DNA of 64,000 nt, taken from IMG/VR virus record IMGVR_UViG_3300020204_000065, positions 470 to 64,469 of that record, one strand, 5' to 3'. Origin of the DNA: a virus (Duplodnaviria; Caudoviricetes). Numbering within the stretch: position 1 is the stretch's first letter; every line of letters begins with the position of its first letter. Below, one piece after another: positions 1 to 7,974 of this stretch. Made by a program: the position numbers and the translations under genes. The notes beneath the pieces are model-generated. The model saw only the letters and a list, made by a program, of their open reading frames with translations. It searched no databases and was not told the DNA's origin.

Positions 1-477
1 ATGCAAAGCATTAGTACAAACAAAGGACAGCCAAGTAATGTGCAGATGATGCAGCAACTGATTGATGGTTTAACTAACAAAGGTCTTGTTTTTGAAGATG
101 AAACCGGTTTAGTTGAGTTAACACCTGGTGGTATTAACCTAAAATCAAATCGTGGATGGTCTGCTGGCATTAACCCACTTGGTGGTGAGGTTAATATTGG
201 ACCAATAGGCATACAAGGTACATGGGCTGGAGACAAAAGTATTCAAGCAAAAATTAATCTGCAACCAGAAAGAATTTATCCAATGATGATGAGTAGCTTC
301 TTGCCACCAGAAGTTGAAGAAGAAGGTCCTCAATACTATGGCTTTGGGTTGCAGCAAAAAGTTCCTGTTGGAATGCAAAGAGGTCAAGGTTCCATTCCAT
401 TGTCTGCAGGCAGGCAATTAATGGAAGAACAAACTGAAGATTACATGAGGCGGAATCCTAATTATCGATACCAATAA
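1..477 (+). CDS. hypothetical protein with beta-strand-rich middle, possibly 5'-truncated by the window
   Basis: 158-aa ORF; Gly/aromatic alternating segments (GWSAGINP, YYGFGLQQK). Confidence 0.55.
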   Translation: MQSISTNKGQPSNVQMMQQLIDGLTNKGLVFEDETGLVELTPGGINLKSNRGWSAGINPLGGEVNIGPIGIQGTWAGDKSIQAKINLQPERIYPMMMSSFLPPEVEEEGPQYYGFGLQQKVPVGMQRGQGSIPLSAGRQLMEEQTEDYMRRNPNYRYQ

Positions 478-647
478 ATTGTTGGTATTTCTATTCGTTG
501 ACATGTGTATACATAAGATGAAGCTGTGCAAATGTAGTCTCTATTGAAACCATCCCAGATAAAGTTTTGACCATCTGAGTTGGCAATGTAACCAGTGCCA
601 AGGTACTGTTGAATACAGACTACAGTTGTACAAACGAAGTTAAGCAT
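462..647 (-). CDS. small hypothetical early protein
   Basis: 61-aa ORF preceded by the C/A-rich leader CAACTTCACTTCAATTCACC typical of this cluster. Confidence 0.55.
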   Translation of the reverse strand: MLNFVCTTVVCIQQYLGTGYIANSDGQNFIWDGFNRDYICTASSYVYTCQRIEIPTIYWYR

Positions 648-675
648 GGTGAATTGAAGTGAAGTTGGATTAAAG

Positions 676-716
676 CCTGGGACTTACATACCGTACTTAC
701 GTCGGTAATGCCCAGG
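676..716 (-). other. intergenic stem-loop, GUAAG-bulge motif copy A
   Basis: minus strand CCTGGGCAT-TACCG-loop-CGGTA-TGTAAGT-CCCAGG. Confidence 0.6.
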
Positions 717-755
717 TATTGGCATGTATTGGCTATTTGCGAATGGCAAACAATA

Positions 756-1025
756 CTACGGAAGTATTGTACAGTCATGAGGCAATCGTGGTGGAAGCAT
801 AATCCAACTTGTGTAGTTGGCACTGCTTCTGTCTACACGTATCAAACCATATTGTTCAAGTTTGATCAAGGCATTGAGATATTGTTCAAGCCTTGAGTTT
901 TGACCGGGACACCTTGGCACATAACACGGTGTGTTCTTGTACTTATTCCTGTGATTCAGGAAGTACATGTAGAGGTTTCGTTGGTTGATACTCAACCCTA
1001 CAGGTGTTGCCAATGTTGCCGTCAT
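756..1025 (-). CDS. hypothetical early protein
   Basis: 89-aa ORF in tightly packed minus-strand cluster. Confidence 0.6.
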   Translation of the reverse strand: MTATLATPVGLSINQRNLYMYFLNHRNKYKNTPCYVPRCPGQNSRLEQYLNALIKLEQYGLIRVDRSSANYTSWIMLPPRLPHDCTILP

Positions 1026-1033
1026 CGGTTTGA

Positions 1034-1402
1034 TCAGCAGTAGTGTGGTTTGGATTCGGAGTAGACCTTAGCGTAGTCGTTGGAGAAGTTGACTTCGTAG
1101 TTCGAGTACGTTGTTGAGAGGCCGAGGCTTGGCTGCTCGGCGATCTCGTATTCGTCAAAGTATTGGATGAAGGTTTGGACCGCTTGCTTCTTGGAGAAGA
1201 TGCAGTGGGTAAGGACTGGATATCCTGCATGGTAGTACCATCCACCTTCTTCTGGACCGCCGTAGTTGAGCGTGGTTTCGTGGACGGTGATAGTCGTTGG
1301 GTCTTGGTGCTCCCACTCTTGGTGAGTGGAGTATCGTTGGATGGCAAGTCTTGCTTTCCACGTACGTGGGTAGAACTTGCGGAGTTCAGAGACGTAAGAC
1401 AT
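1034..1402 (-). CDS. hypothetical phage protein (YGGPEEGGWYY motif)
   Basis: 122-aa ORF; YGGPEEGGW motif recurrent in small phage proteins. Confidence 0.7.
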   Translation of the reverse strand: MSYVSELRKFYPRTWKARLAIQRYSTHQEWEHQDPTTITVHETTLNYGGPEEGGWYYHAGYPVLTHCIFSKKQAVQTFIQYFDEYEIAEQPSLGLSTTYSNYEVNFSNDYAKVYSESKPHYC

Positions 1403-1483
1403 TTGAGTGCGTCGATGAGGATTTCAATGAGGATGGAAATGATGACAATGATGTGAAGAACAATGTCATCTTCTTGAAGTTTC

Positions 1484-1675
1484 TTAGTCATTGATAATGT
1501 ACCTCTCGTTGTAGTGGTCACAAGCATTGCGTTCGGCAGATGAAATTTCATCAATGCCATCCCAATCAGATTGATTGGATTCACGCATAGCTTCTTCTAG
1601 TTCGTATGCACGATCAGCCATGGCATCAAGCAGATCAGTATTGTAGTTTTCATCAAGTGTTTGAAGGTTAGTCAT
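1484..1675 (-). CDS. small acidic hypothetical protein
   Basis: start moved to MTNLQT after the CACTCAATTCAAACC leader. Confidence 0.6.
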   Translation of the reverse strand: MTNLQTLDENYNTDLLDAMADRAYELEEAMRESNQSDWDGIDEISSAERNACDHYNERYIIND

Positions 1676-1703
1676 GGTTTGAATTGAGTGAAATGAACGG
1701 TTT

Positions 1704-1910
1704 TCAAAAGGTATTGGCAACTCTTGTGGCTAATTCGTCAACAAGAGTTGGACCATCTTCTTTGAATGCAATCTCATATTGTTCACGCTCGTCTTCGTCA
1801 AGCAAAGAACCAAGCGTGTGATGAGCATGATAAAAAGCTAGTGCATTGACGATGGCATACTTCTCATCAACGTTGATGATGAGGTGATACCGTTTGTTGT
1901 CTTCAGTCAT
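1704..1910 (-). CDS. hypothetical protein
   Basis: start moved to MTEDNK; the upstream part of the track ORF is a structured intergenic element. Confidence 0.6.
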   Translation of the reverse strand: MTEDNKRYHLIINVDEKYAIVNALAFYHAHHTLGSLLDEDEREQYEIAFKEDGPTLVDELATRVANTF

Positions 1911-1933
1911 GTTGAAGTGAACTGAATGAATGT

Positions 1934-1985
1934 CCTGGGGCTTACACCACTTGTTGAGAATGATTCTCAATAGTGGAGGCCCAGG
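1934..1985 (-). other. intergenic stem-loop, GUAAG-bulge motif copy B, enclosing a Fur-box-like palindrome (1954-1970)
   Basis: CCTGGGCCT-CCACT...AGTGG-TGTAAGC-CCCAGG; TTGAGAATGATTCTCAA inside. Confidence 0.6.
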
Positions 1986-2006
1986 TGTTTGTGGTGTTGC
2001 CGTTGA

Positions 2007-2486
2007 TCAGATCTTGACTTGACGCCAAGACAAACCCTTATGAATGTTGGAAATTGTGTGGTGGCTAACTGAATAGCCTTCGGCAATCTTTTCGTAAGCT
2101 TGCTGCCTAGAACCAAAACGATTCATCGTCTTGTCATCAGACAGCATCAGCTTAATTTCACGAACAGACTCAGGTGTTAACTTGCAGTTACCTATAGGTG
2201 GCTTACGTTGTTTCATGGCAACAACAGTAGTCTTCTTTGAGCTTTTCCTTGCCAGCTCTTCGAGATAAGCAAGGCCTTCTTCCTTGGACATAGTCAGCCC
2301 ATCCTCCCGTACCTGCGACTGTTGCAGAGGGGGACGGGGGGTTGTCTGGATCCAAGGTGTTTTGACGGGAAAGCCAAGAGTGACAGATGTTCCATCCTTA
2401 AGGACAGAGATTGTTACCTTGCCATCCCTGGTAATGACAGAGACGTGGTCTGGTGCTGTGACATCAAACTGGCTGAGTGCGTCCAT
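2007..2486 (-). CDS. DNA-binding protein with C-terminal HTH of the homing-endonuclease-associated type
   Basis: KLTPESVREIK...IAEGYSVSHHTISNIHKGLSW. Confidence 0.6.
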   Translation of the reverse strand: MDALSQFDVTAPDHVSVITRDGKVTISVLKDGTSVTLGFPVKTPWIQTTPRPPLQQSQVREDGLTMSKEEGLAYLEELARKSSKKTTVVAMKQRKPPIGNCKLTPESVREIKLMLSDDKTMNRFGSRQQAYEKIAEGYSVSHHTISNIHKGLSWRQVKI

Positions 2487-2594
2487 GTCTTTAATTGAGA
2501 TGAGTGCAGTGGATGCAAGTAGAGAATAGCTGGCACCTGCAAAGATGCAAGTACCAGCTGTAGCGTCTTACGTTTGCGTGACACCAGATGTGGT

Positions 2595-2822
2595 CTAGTC
2601 GTGTGGAATGAAGTCGGAATCGTTAAGCAGCTGATGCACTGACAAGCAGTCCTCAGCAATTTCATCTGGGGTGCAGCCTTCCCAATCCTCTGTTTGATTC
2701 TCAACCACCTCGCAGCCAATGTCTTCGAGTTGATCAGAGAACAAAACAAAGGTTTGAGCTGTGCCCCAGACGTGGGCATAACGACCGCTTTGATCAGCGA
2801 CCAGGGCGACGTGTGTTCTCAT
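2595..2822 (-). CDS. hypothetical acidic protein
   Basis: 75 aa from MRTHVA. Confidence 0.55.
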   Translation of the reverse strand: MRTHVALVADQSGRYAHVWGTAQTFVLFSDQLEDIGCEVVENQTEDWEGCTPDEIAEDCLSVHQLLNDSDFIPHD

Positions 2823-2997
2823 TGTTCTGTGGATTGAGGTTAGTAATGTCGACGCCAACCATGGCACCTGCCGTCATCACTGCGATAGCAATGACGAAGA
2901 GGGTGCATAAGACATTGAAACGGCGTGTCTCACGAGACTCACCGTAAGAATCAAGTCTGATGTAACGGTTGCGTCCGAGTCGTGTTGTGTGTTTCAT
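2794..2997 (-). CDS. small membrane protein
   Basis: 67 aa from MKHTTR, one hydrophobic helix (VLCTLFVIAIAVMTAGAMVGV). Confidence 0.55.
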   Translation of the reverse strand: MKHTTRLGRNRYIRLDSYGESRETRRFNVLCTLFVIAIAVMTAGAMVGVDITNLNPQNNENTRRPGR

Positions 2998-2998
2998 G

Positions 2999-3268
2999 TC
3001 AGTTAGTAGCGAGGATGTAACGAACACAAACCAAAGGATCTGGTTTGAACCCAGGCGGTAGTTCTTCTGCGTAGAACCACTCGCCTTTGACATCAATTGA
3101 GATTGTGTCGTAGTTTTCAATAAGTCCCAAAGCATTGTTGTACTTGGTGCACCAAATGATGTATACACAATTGGACTCAAACAATATGTAGTAAGAGTCT
3201 TTGTCTATTCCAAAATCATTGAGTGCCTTTTGAATGTCTGAGTTGTCAATTGTGATTGGTAATGACAT
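2999..3268 (-). CDS. hypothetical protein
   Basis: 89 aa from MSLPIT. Confidence 0.55.
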   Translation of the reverse strand: MSLPITIDNSDIQKALNDFGIDKDSYYILFESNCVYIIWCTKYNNALGLIENYDTISIDVKGEWFYAEELPPGFKPDPLVCVRYILATN

Positions 3269-3346
3269 AGTGTTGTATGCAATGGATGCAGGATTTTCAG
3301 TCCTGCAGAAACCCATCGAAATCGATGGGAATGTGCAAGAGTGATA

Positions 3347-3742
3347 TCAGAAAGCAATCTCTTCCAGCGTAGGAGTTGCCATTGGTGTAGCCTCCGGCTT
3401 AGGCTGAGGCTTGGAACCAAAGGCATAACTCATGCAACGGAATTGTACTTCCGGCATCTTGAGCGGTGTCAGGACATCGTCTTTCATGTAGAAAGCACGA
3501 ATGCCTCTGATGGTACCGCTGATGGTCAGCTCTTGCCCTACGACAAGAGTGCCATTGTTGTATGCCGTAAGCAACCCGTTGCTGTTGGTGAACTTGATAC
3601 GGAGGTCTGCTGTTTCGGAGATGGTATGGACCAGGGATACAGCAAGGAACTTGCGATCCTGGTACTCAGCCACCTCCATGTGAGCAATACGTCCGTGCAG
3701 TACGGTTTGCTGGAAGTCAGGGAGCTTCTTGTAGTCAGTCAT
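3347..3742 (-). CDS. single-stranded DNA-binding protein-like (OB fold)
   Basis: VLHGRI...VGQELTISGTI pattern and acidic-Phe tail EEIAF resembling SSB DDIPF. Confidence 0.6.
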   Translation of the reverse strand: MTDYKKLPDFQQTVLHGRIAHMEVAEYQDRKFLAVSLVHTISETADLRIKFTNSNGLLTAYNNGTLVVGQELTISGTIRGIRAFYMKDDVLTPLKMPEVQFRCMSYAFGSKPQPKPEATPMATPTLEEIAF

Positions 3743-3815
3743 TTGAATTGAGTTGAGTTGAACAAAGCAGGAGTTGAGTCCTGCAGTAAAGGGCCGTAGC
3801 CCCTTAGAGCAAGAA

Positions 3816-4025
3816 TCATTGGTTGACAATGTATTTAGTCTCGATGCAGTAATATGTATCGCCAAGAAAGCCACGGGAGAGAATCAGGTTATGACCTGGT
3901 CTCTGATGGCATGTGTCCTTGTAATACTGGTTGAGCATCTTCTGACCGATAACGGACAGAATCATGCCAACACCAGTGCCAAGGACAACGGCAATTACTG
4001 AATCTGAGAAGTAGTTGCGTGTCAT
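3816..4025 (-). CDS. small membrane protein
   Basis: 69 aa, N-terminal hydrophobic helix, two Cys. Confidence 0.6.
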   Translation of the reverse strand: MTRNYFSDSVIAVVLGTGVGMILSVIGQKMLNQYYKDTCHQRPGHNLILSRGFLGDTYYCIETKYIVNQ

Positions 4026-4056
4026 GTTTCAGTTGAGTTGATTGTGTTGACTAAGA

Positions 4057-4305
4057 TCACATCATTTGGTAGATGCGTTCTTGTTCAAGGATGATACCTT
4101 CGTGATAGTAGTTCTCCATCTCGAGAAGCATCTCCTTGATACCTGCGGGAACACCAAAGCCAAGGGTACGGACATCTCTGTCGTACCACTCGCCTTGAAT
4201 GTTGAGCTTCTCGAAGTGAAGTTGTGTACTCTCACCGCCATACCATGCAACACGCAGGTTGTGTTCGCAGGAAGGCTGATAGATCATTACAGGAGTCATG
4301 GTCAC
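4057..4305 (-). CDS. hypothetical protein
   Basis: 82-aa ORF whose start overlaps the upstream stop (GTGA). Confidence 0.6.
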   Translation of the reverse strand: MTMTPVMIYQPSCEHNLRVAWYGGESTQLHFEKLNIQGEWYDRDVRTLGFGVPAGIKEMLLEMENYYHEGIILEQERIYQMM

Positions 4306-4469
4306 TTGGTAGAGATGAGGTTGGCTAGTGCGTTGCGGTAACCATTAACTTCATGAGTCAATGCTTCACGACGCACTTTGAGCTGAGCTTTGACGTGCTC
4401 AGGAGTTTGGTTTTGAGCAACCTTGACCGCTGCTGCGGCAAGGAGCTGGGACAAACGTTGACGAATCAT
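4302..4469 (-). CDS. small hypothetical protein (not in ORF track)
   Basis: 55 aa MIRQRLSQLLAAAAVKVAQ...LISTK. Confidence 0.55.
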   Translation of the reverse strand: MIRQRLSQLLAAAAVKVAQNQTPEHVKAQLKVRREALTHEVNGYRNALANLISTK

Positions 4470-4547
4470 GTTGCGTTAAGTGGATGCCACGGGATTGTGG
4501 CAAGTCCTGGCCAAGGGATTGCACCCTGGCACGCCGCTTTAACGGAC

Positions 4548-4736
4548 TCAGATGTTGTAACCGTTGGTGATGCACCAGTCACGGTGGATTTGATCAGCCT
4601 CCTTAGGCCAGTCATGCGTACGACATTGTTCGGCAGTTGCCTTATCAATGAAGTATGCAGCGACTGGACCGCCAAGGATGCCAGAAACAAATGCAGTAAC
4701 GATGACTGCTGCAAAAACGTTACGTGGTTCGATCAC
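4548..4736 (-). CDS. small membrane protein
   Basis: 62 aa, hydrophobic helix then CRTHDWP...DWC. Confidence 0.6.
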   Translation of the reverse strand: MIEPRNVFAAVIVTAFVSGILGGPVAAYFIDKATAEQCRTHDWPKEADQIHRDWCITNGYNI

Positions 4737-4824
4737 TTGCGTGTCCTGTGGTGTGTGCGGTGCCCATCTCCGCTGGGGGCAATGCTGAGTGGGGGATTCG
4801 ATCCCCCGGCATCACGCCTGGCAC

Positions 4825-5070
4825 TCAGTAGCAGTTGCAATAATCCAACTTGATCATTGCGTGTTTAACTGGAACCCATCCTCGGTTGGACTCCCTCTCT
4901 TCAGTGAATCTGATGTAGCGAGCTTGATGTTCATCTGTTGCGCCCTTCTTCCATGCAACAACTGTTGCCATGTCAAGAACGTCGCTCTGGTCCAGCTGAA
5001 CCCGCGCTTCCCATCCCATTGCCTCGGCTTTCGCCTTGGCTTCCATCGCCATCTTGTTAGTCTTGTTCAT
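4825..5070 (-). CDS. hypothetical protein, first gene of the minus-strand cluster
   Basis: 81-aa ORF. Confidence 0.55.
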   Translation of the reverse strand: MNKTNKMAMEAKAKAEAMGWEARVQLDQSDVLDMATVVAWKKGATDEHQARYIRFTEERESNRGWVPVKHAMIKLDYCNCY

Positions 5071-5218
5071 GAGTAACTCGTTGTGTTGCGGTGGTGTAGT
5101 GCTACGTTTAACGTCCAGCTCGACGTGAACGAATCAATCCCTCATTGTTAACACAAAGTAAAGATTGAAGTCCGTTCTCGCTCACTGTCCTATTTCGAGC
5201 GCCAGAGAACGCGGGAAG

Positions 5219-5251
5219 TTTTCCACAATTTGGTGTGGAAACTGTGGAAAA
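5219..5251. promoter_or_regulatory. cluster of cyanobacterial-type DnaA-box-like 9-mers
   Basis: TTTTCCACA 5219-5227; TGTGGAAAC 5234-5242; TGTGGAAAA 5243-5251. Confidence 0.5.
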
Positions 5252-5305
5252 ACCCCCACATTCCTCGGTCGATACGAATTCGTATCAAAAATCCGATGAT
5301 ATTAA

Positions 5306-5320
5306 TGAGAATCATTCTCA
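5306..5320. promoter_or_regulatory. Fur-box-like 7-1-7 palindrome
   Basis: TGAGAAT-C-ATTCTCA in the non-coding region. Confidence 0.5.
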
Positions 5321-5505
5321 ATTAACTCACGCGGTTCTTTTTTTCTACGCACGCTCTCCCTCGGTTGGGGGGTGGGAGAAGCGTCAGGTAATTTTGTACC
5401 CTTTTCAGAACTGTATAGGGCCTCTTTTTGTACGTGTAGATACAAAAAATTAGGTATTATCCCTACTTTGTACGTAAACTTCCTTGTTATCCCAAAAATT
5501 TACAC

Positions 5506-5531
5506 AAAAAAGCCGGGTTCAACCCCGGCTT
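5506..5531 (-). terminator. rho-independent terminator
   Basis: GC-rich hairpin followed by T-run on the minus strand after ORF 5557-5769. Confidence 0.7.
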
Positions 5532-5556
5532 ACTACCTGAAAATTACATTGTTGTT

Positions 5557-5769
5557 TTAGACGGCGCCTTTTTGTACGTACTGAGTCGCCAAACTGACCG
5601 CTTGTTGATATTTTTCTGTGTCCGGCACAGCTTGAGCCAACTCCTGGTTCGCGGCTGACCGTAGATTTTGGACTTCAAAGGGATGCATACCACCTTCGCG
5701 CAGTTCATTGGCGCGTTGGTCAATTGTTTGACGTACGTTTTCGCGCCTTTCCCTGAGTGCTTCGTCCAT
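5557..5769 (-). CDS. hypothetical protein
   Basis: 70-aa helical ORF followed by terminator. Confidence 0.65.
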   Translation of the reverse strand: MDEALRERRENVRQTIDQRANELREGGMHPFEVQNLRSAANQELAQAVPDTEKYQQAVSLATQYVQKGAV

Positions 5770-5890
5770 TTTTAAATTTTTTACCGCACTTCACGGTTTA
5801 TATTCCTTAGTTTACAGGATAATTACGTTTTTTAATTATCCAAAGTTAGAATGTAACCATCAAAAGAACATAAATACATCTGTAAACGTT

Positions 5891-7759
5891 ATGGCGATCT
5901 CCCCTGCTGACTTTTACGCCTACAGTCGTGCCACTGGAGCGCCAATCCCAGAAGATCCAGAGGAAAAGGCGCAGATGGCGCCAGAAGTTCTGGAATTTCG
6001 CCGTAATCAACTCAAAGCCCCACAACAAGAGTCCAATCCACTTGCCGCGTTAGGCACTGCAGCCCTCGGCTTGGGTGCATTGGCAGGTTTGGGGTTTGGT
6101 GCCAGGGCATTGATGGGACGTGGCCGTCAGCTTCCTAAAGGTCCAGCTAAATCGGCAACTGCTGGTGTACGCCAGGTCAATCTTGCGGACATGGAACAGG
6201 CTGTTCGCCGTGTGGCTGCAGAACCAGGCGTACCGGCTTCTAAGGTACCGCCATCAGCTGAACGTAGCCGCGTATATGCAGAAGTTGCTGCAAAACCAGA
6301 GGCTGAACTTCCACGTGTTTACAGACCAAAAGGTGGCTTAGAAGATATTCTTCCCGAGGGACGAGCAGAAGAACTTAACGTTTTAATTACAGATCCAAAC
6401 ACAGGTGAAGTTTTTAGGCGCGGACAAAGTCCAGAAAGTTTTGCGCAAACCTACATTAGTTTGCGTCCAGAGTTAACAGGGCAAAAAACCAACCTTCCGC
6501 TTAACCGAACTCCTGGTACGTTTAAAGAGTTCAGTGAATCTATTTCTTTAACCGATATTCAAAAAACCCAAGCACTTGCAAATACAGAGCAATTTATCAA
6601 TGCAGTTGAATCTGGTGAGGACCAATTAACTGGACGTGTCATTAAACAAATTAACATTGCAGATCCCTGGGGCGAAGCAACCGTTCCTCCCGACGCCATC
6701 AATCAGCAACAAACTATTCCTTTACTTCCTGCAGCTGCTGCTAGTCCACGGGAGCAAGCGCAACAGTTCCTTCAAAATAAGTTTGAAGAATTAGGTGCCA
6801 CGATCCCAGGTCGTTACCGGCGTGAACGTGCAATGGGCCAAGATCCCGCCATTGCAGAAGCAATGGAACTATATGCCTCTACTGGCGATCCGTCTGTTTT
6901 GTCTCGTCTGTCTGCAACACCCTCCTCTCCACTAACAGTAATACCGCGTGTTCAAACTGAGCTTCGCGAAAAGGAAGAGATTCCAACTGGTATGTTCTTT
7001 AAACCGACGGGGCAAGGTGAGTTTGTTGACGACTTGTTTGAAAAAGACATTGCATTAACAAATAAAATTTCAAGCCTAGGCGTTGAAAAACAAAATATCT
7101 TAAATCGTTTAGAACAAATTGACCAACTTGAGCCGCAGCTACGTTTTGCTGCTGCAGATGAACCAGACCAAGGTGGGTATTACACCCGGATGCTTAACAA
7201 GATGATGTTTGAGCGTCAGAGTTTAAATCCTGATGCAATTAACGCTGATCTTGGTGATGCAATTGCACAACGTGATTTTGTGCGTTCTCAAATGGAGTCT
7301 TTGGAATCTCTTGGATCTCAATACCAAATGATACCGCGCCAAGAAGGTGTACGTCCTTTCTTTGAAGTTGATCCAGTTACTGGTGAACCAATTGCTGAAA
7401 CCCTTGAAATTCGCAGCGGTCGTCCTTCCGTTCAGCTAGAAGAACAAAAAACGGGTGGAGGACGTTATTTTATGTCCGCTTACGATCCTGACGCGCAAAC
7501 AGGCTCTTCCATTGGAATTTATGGTATCGAGCCTCGTAATTTCCCAATTGCTGATCCCGAGCTGAGGCCAACTGCTCTTCAACGAGAAGAAACTAAAATG
7601 ACGCTTCGTCGGGGAAGCTACCCTGAATTCAAAACAACAATTACTTCTACACCTGAGCAAAAACGCCGTTCCTTGGAAGTAAGCGAAGCATTACGTCGAG
7701 CTACAATTGAAGGACGCGACCCCCAATCGGTTCTTAAACAGTTTGGTATCGGTATCTGA
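5891..7759 (+). CDS. large hypothetical virion/internal protein
   Basis: 622 aa, N-terminal Gly/Ala hydrophobic segment, start of structural block. Confidence 0.6.
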   Translation: MAISPADFYAYSRATGAPIPEDPEEKAQMAPEVLEFRRNQLKAPQQESNPLAALGTAALGLGALAGLGFGARALMGRGRQLPKGPAKSATAGVRQVNLADMEQAVRRVAAEPGVPASKVPPSAERSRVYAEVAAKPEAELPRVYRPKGGLEDILPEGRAEELNVLITDPNTGEVFRRGQSPESFAQTYISLRPELTGQKTNLPLNRTPGTFKEFSESISLTDIQKTQALANTEQFINAVESGEDQLTGRVIKQINIADPWGEATVPPDAINQQQTIPLLPAAAASPREQAQQFLQNKFEELGATIPGRYRRERAMGQDPAIAEAMELYASTGDPSVLSRLSATPSSPLTVIPRVQTELREKEEIPTGMFFKPTGQGEFVDDLFEKDIALTNKISSLGVEKQNILNRLEQIDQLEPQLRFAAADEPDQGGYYTRMLNKMMFERQSLNPDAINADLGDAIAQRDFVRSQMESLESLGSQYQMIPRQEGVRPFFEVDPVTGEPIAETLEIRSGRPSVQLEEQKTGGGRYFMSAYDPDAQTGSSIGIYGIEPRNFPIADPELRPTALQREETKMTLRRGSYPEFKTTITSTPEQKRRSLEVSEALRRATIEGRDPQSVLKQFGIGI

Positions 7760-7761
7760 TC

Positions 7762-7974
7762 ATGTCTAAAAATAAAGAAGATAAAAAATGGATTCAGGGT
7801 GCTGATATTAAAGAAGGCGCTTTTACCGCTAAAGCCAGATCCCGTGGAATCAGTACAGCCCAACTCCAGGAGAATGTGCTGTCTCATCCTGACAAGTACG
7901 ATCCTAAAACGGTAAAGCAAGCAAACTTACGTAAAACCTTGGTAGGCTTACATAAGAAAAAGAAAGCTAAATGA
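7762..7974 (+). CDS. small basic protein
   Basis: KKWIQGADIKEGAFTAKA...QANLRKTL, recurrent small phage protein type. Confidence 0.7.
   Translation: MSKNKEDKKWIQGADIKEGAFTAKARSRGISTAQLQENVLSHPDKYDPKTVKQANLRKTLVGLHKKKKAK

Noticed and set aside
943-1584. 213-aa ORF covering the 1034-1402 gene
   Set aside because: Only the MTKKLQ-hydrophobic N-terminal part looks like protein; the rest has S/T-rich off-frame composition, so no firm dual-coding claim
4783-4828. True tRNA gene
   Set aside because: No D or anticodon arm; kept only as a tRNA-like element
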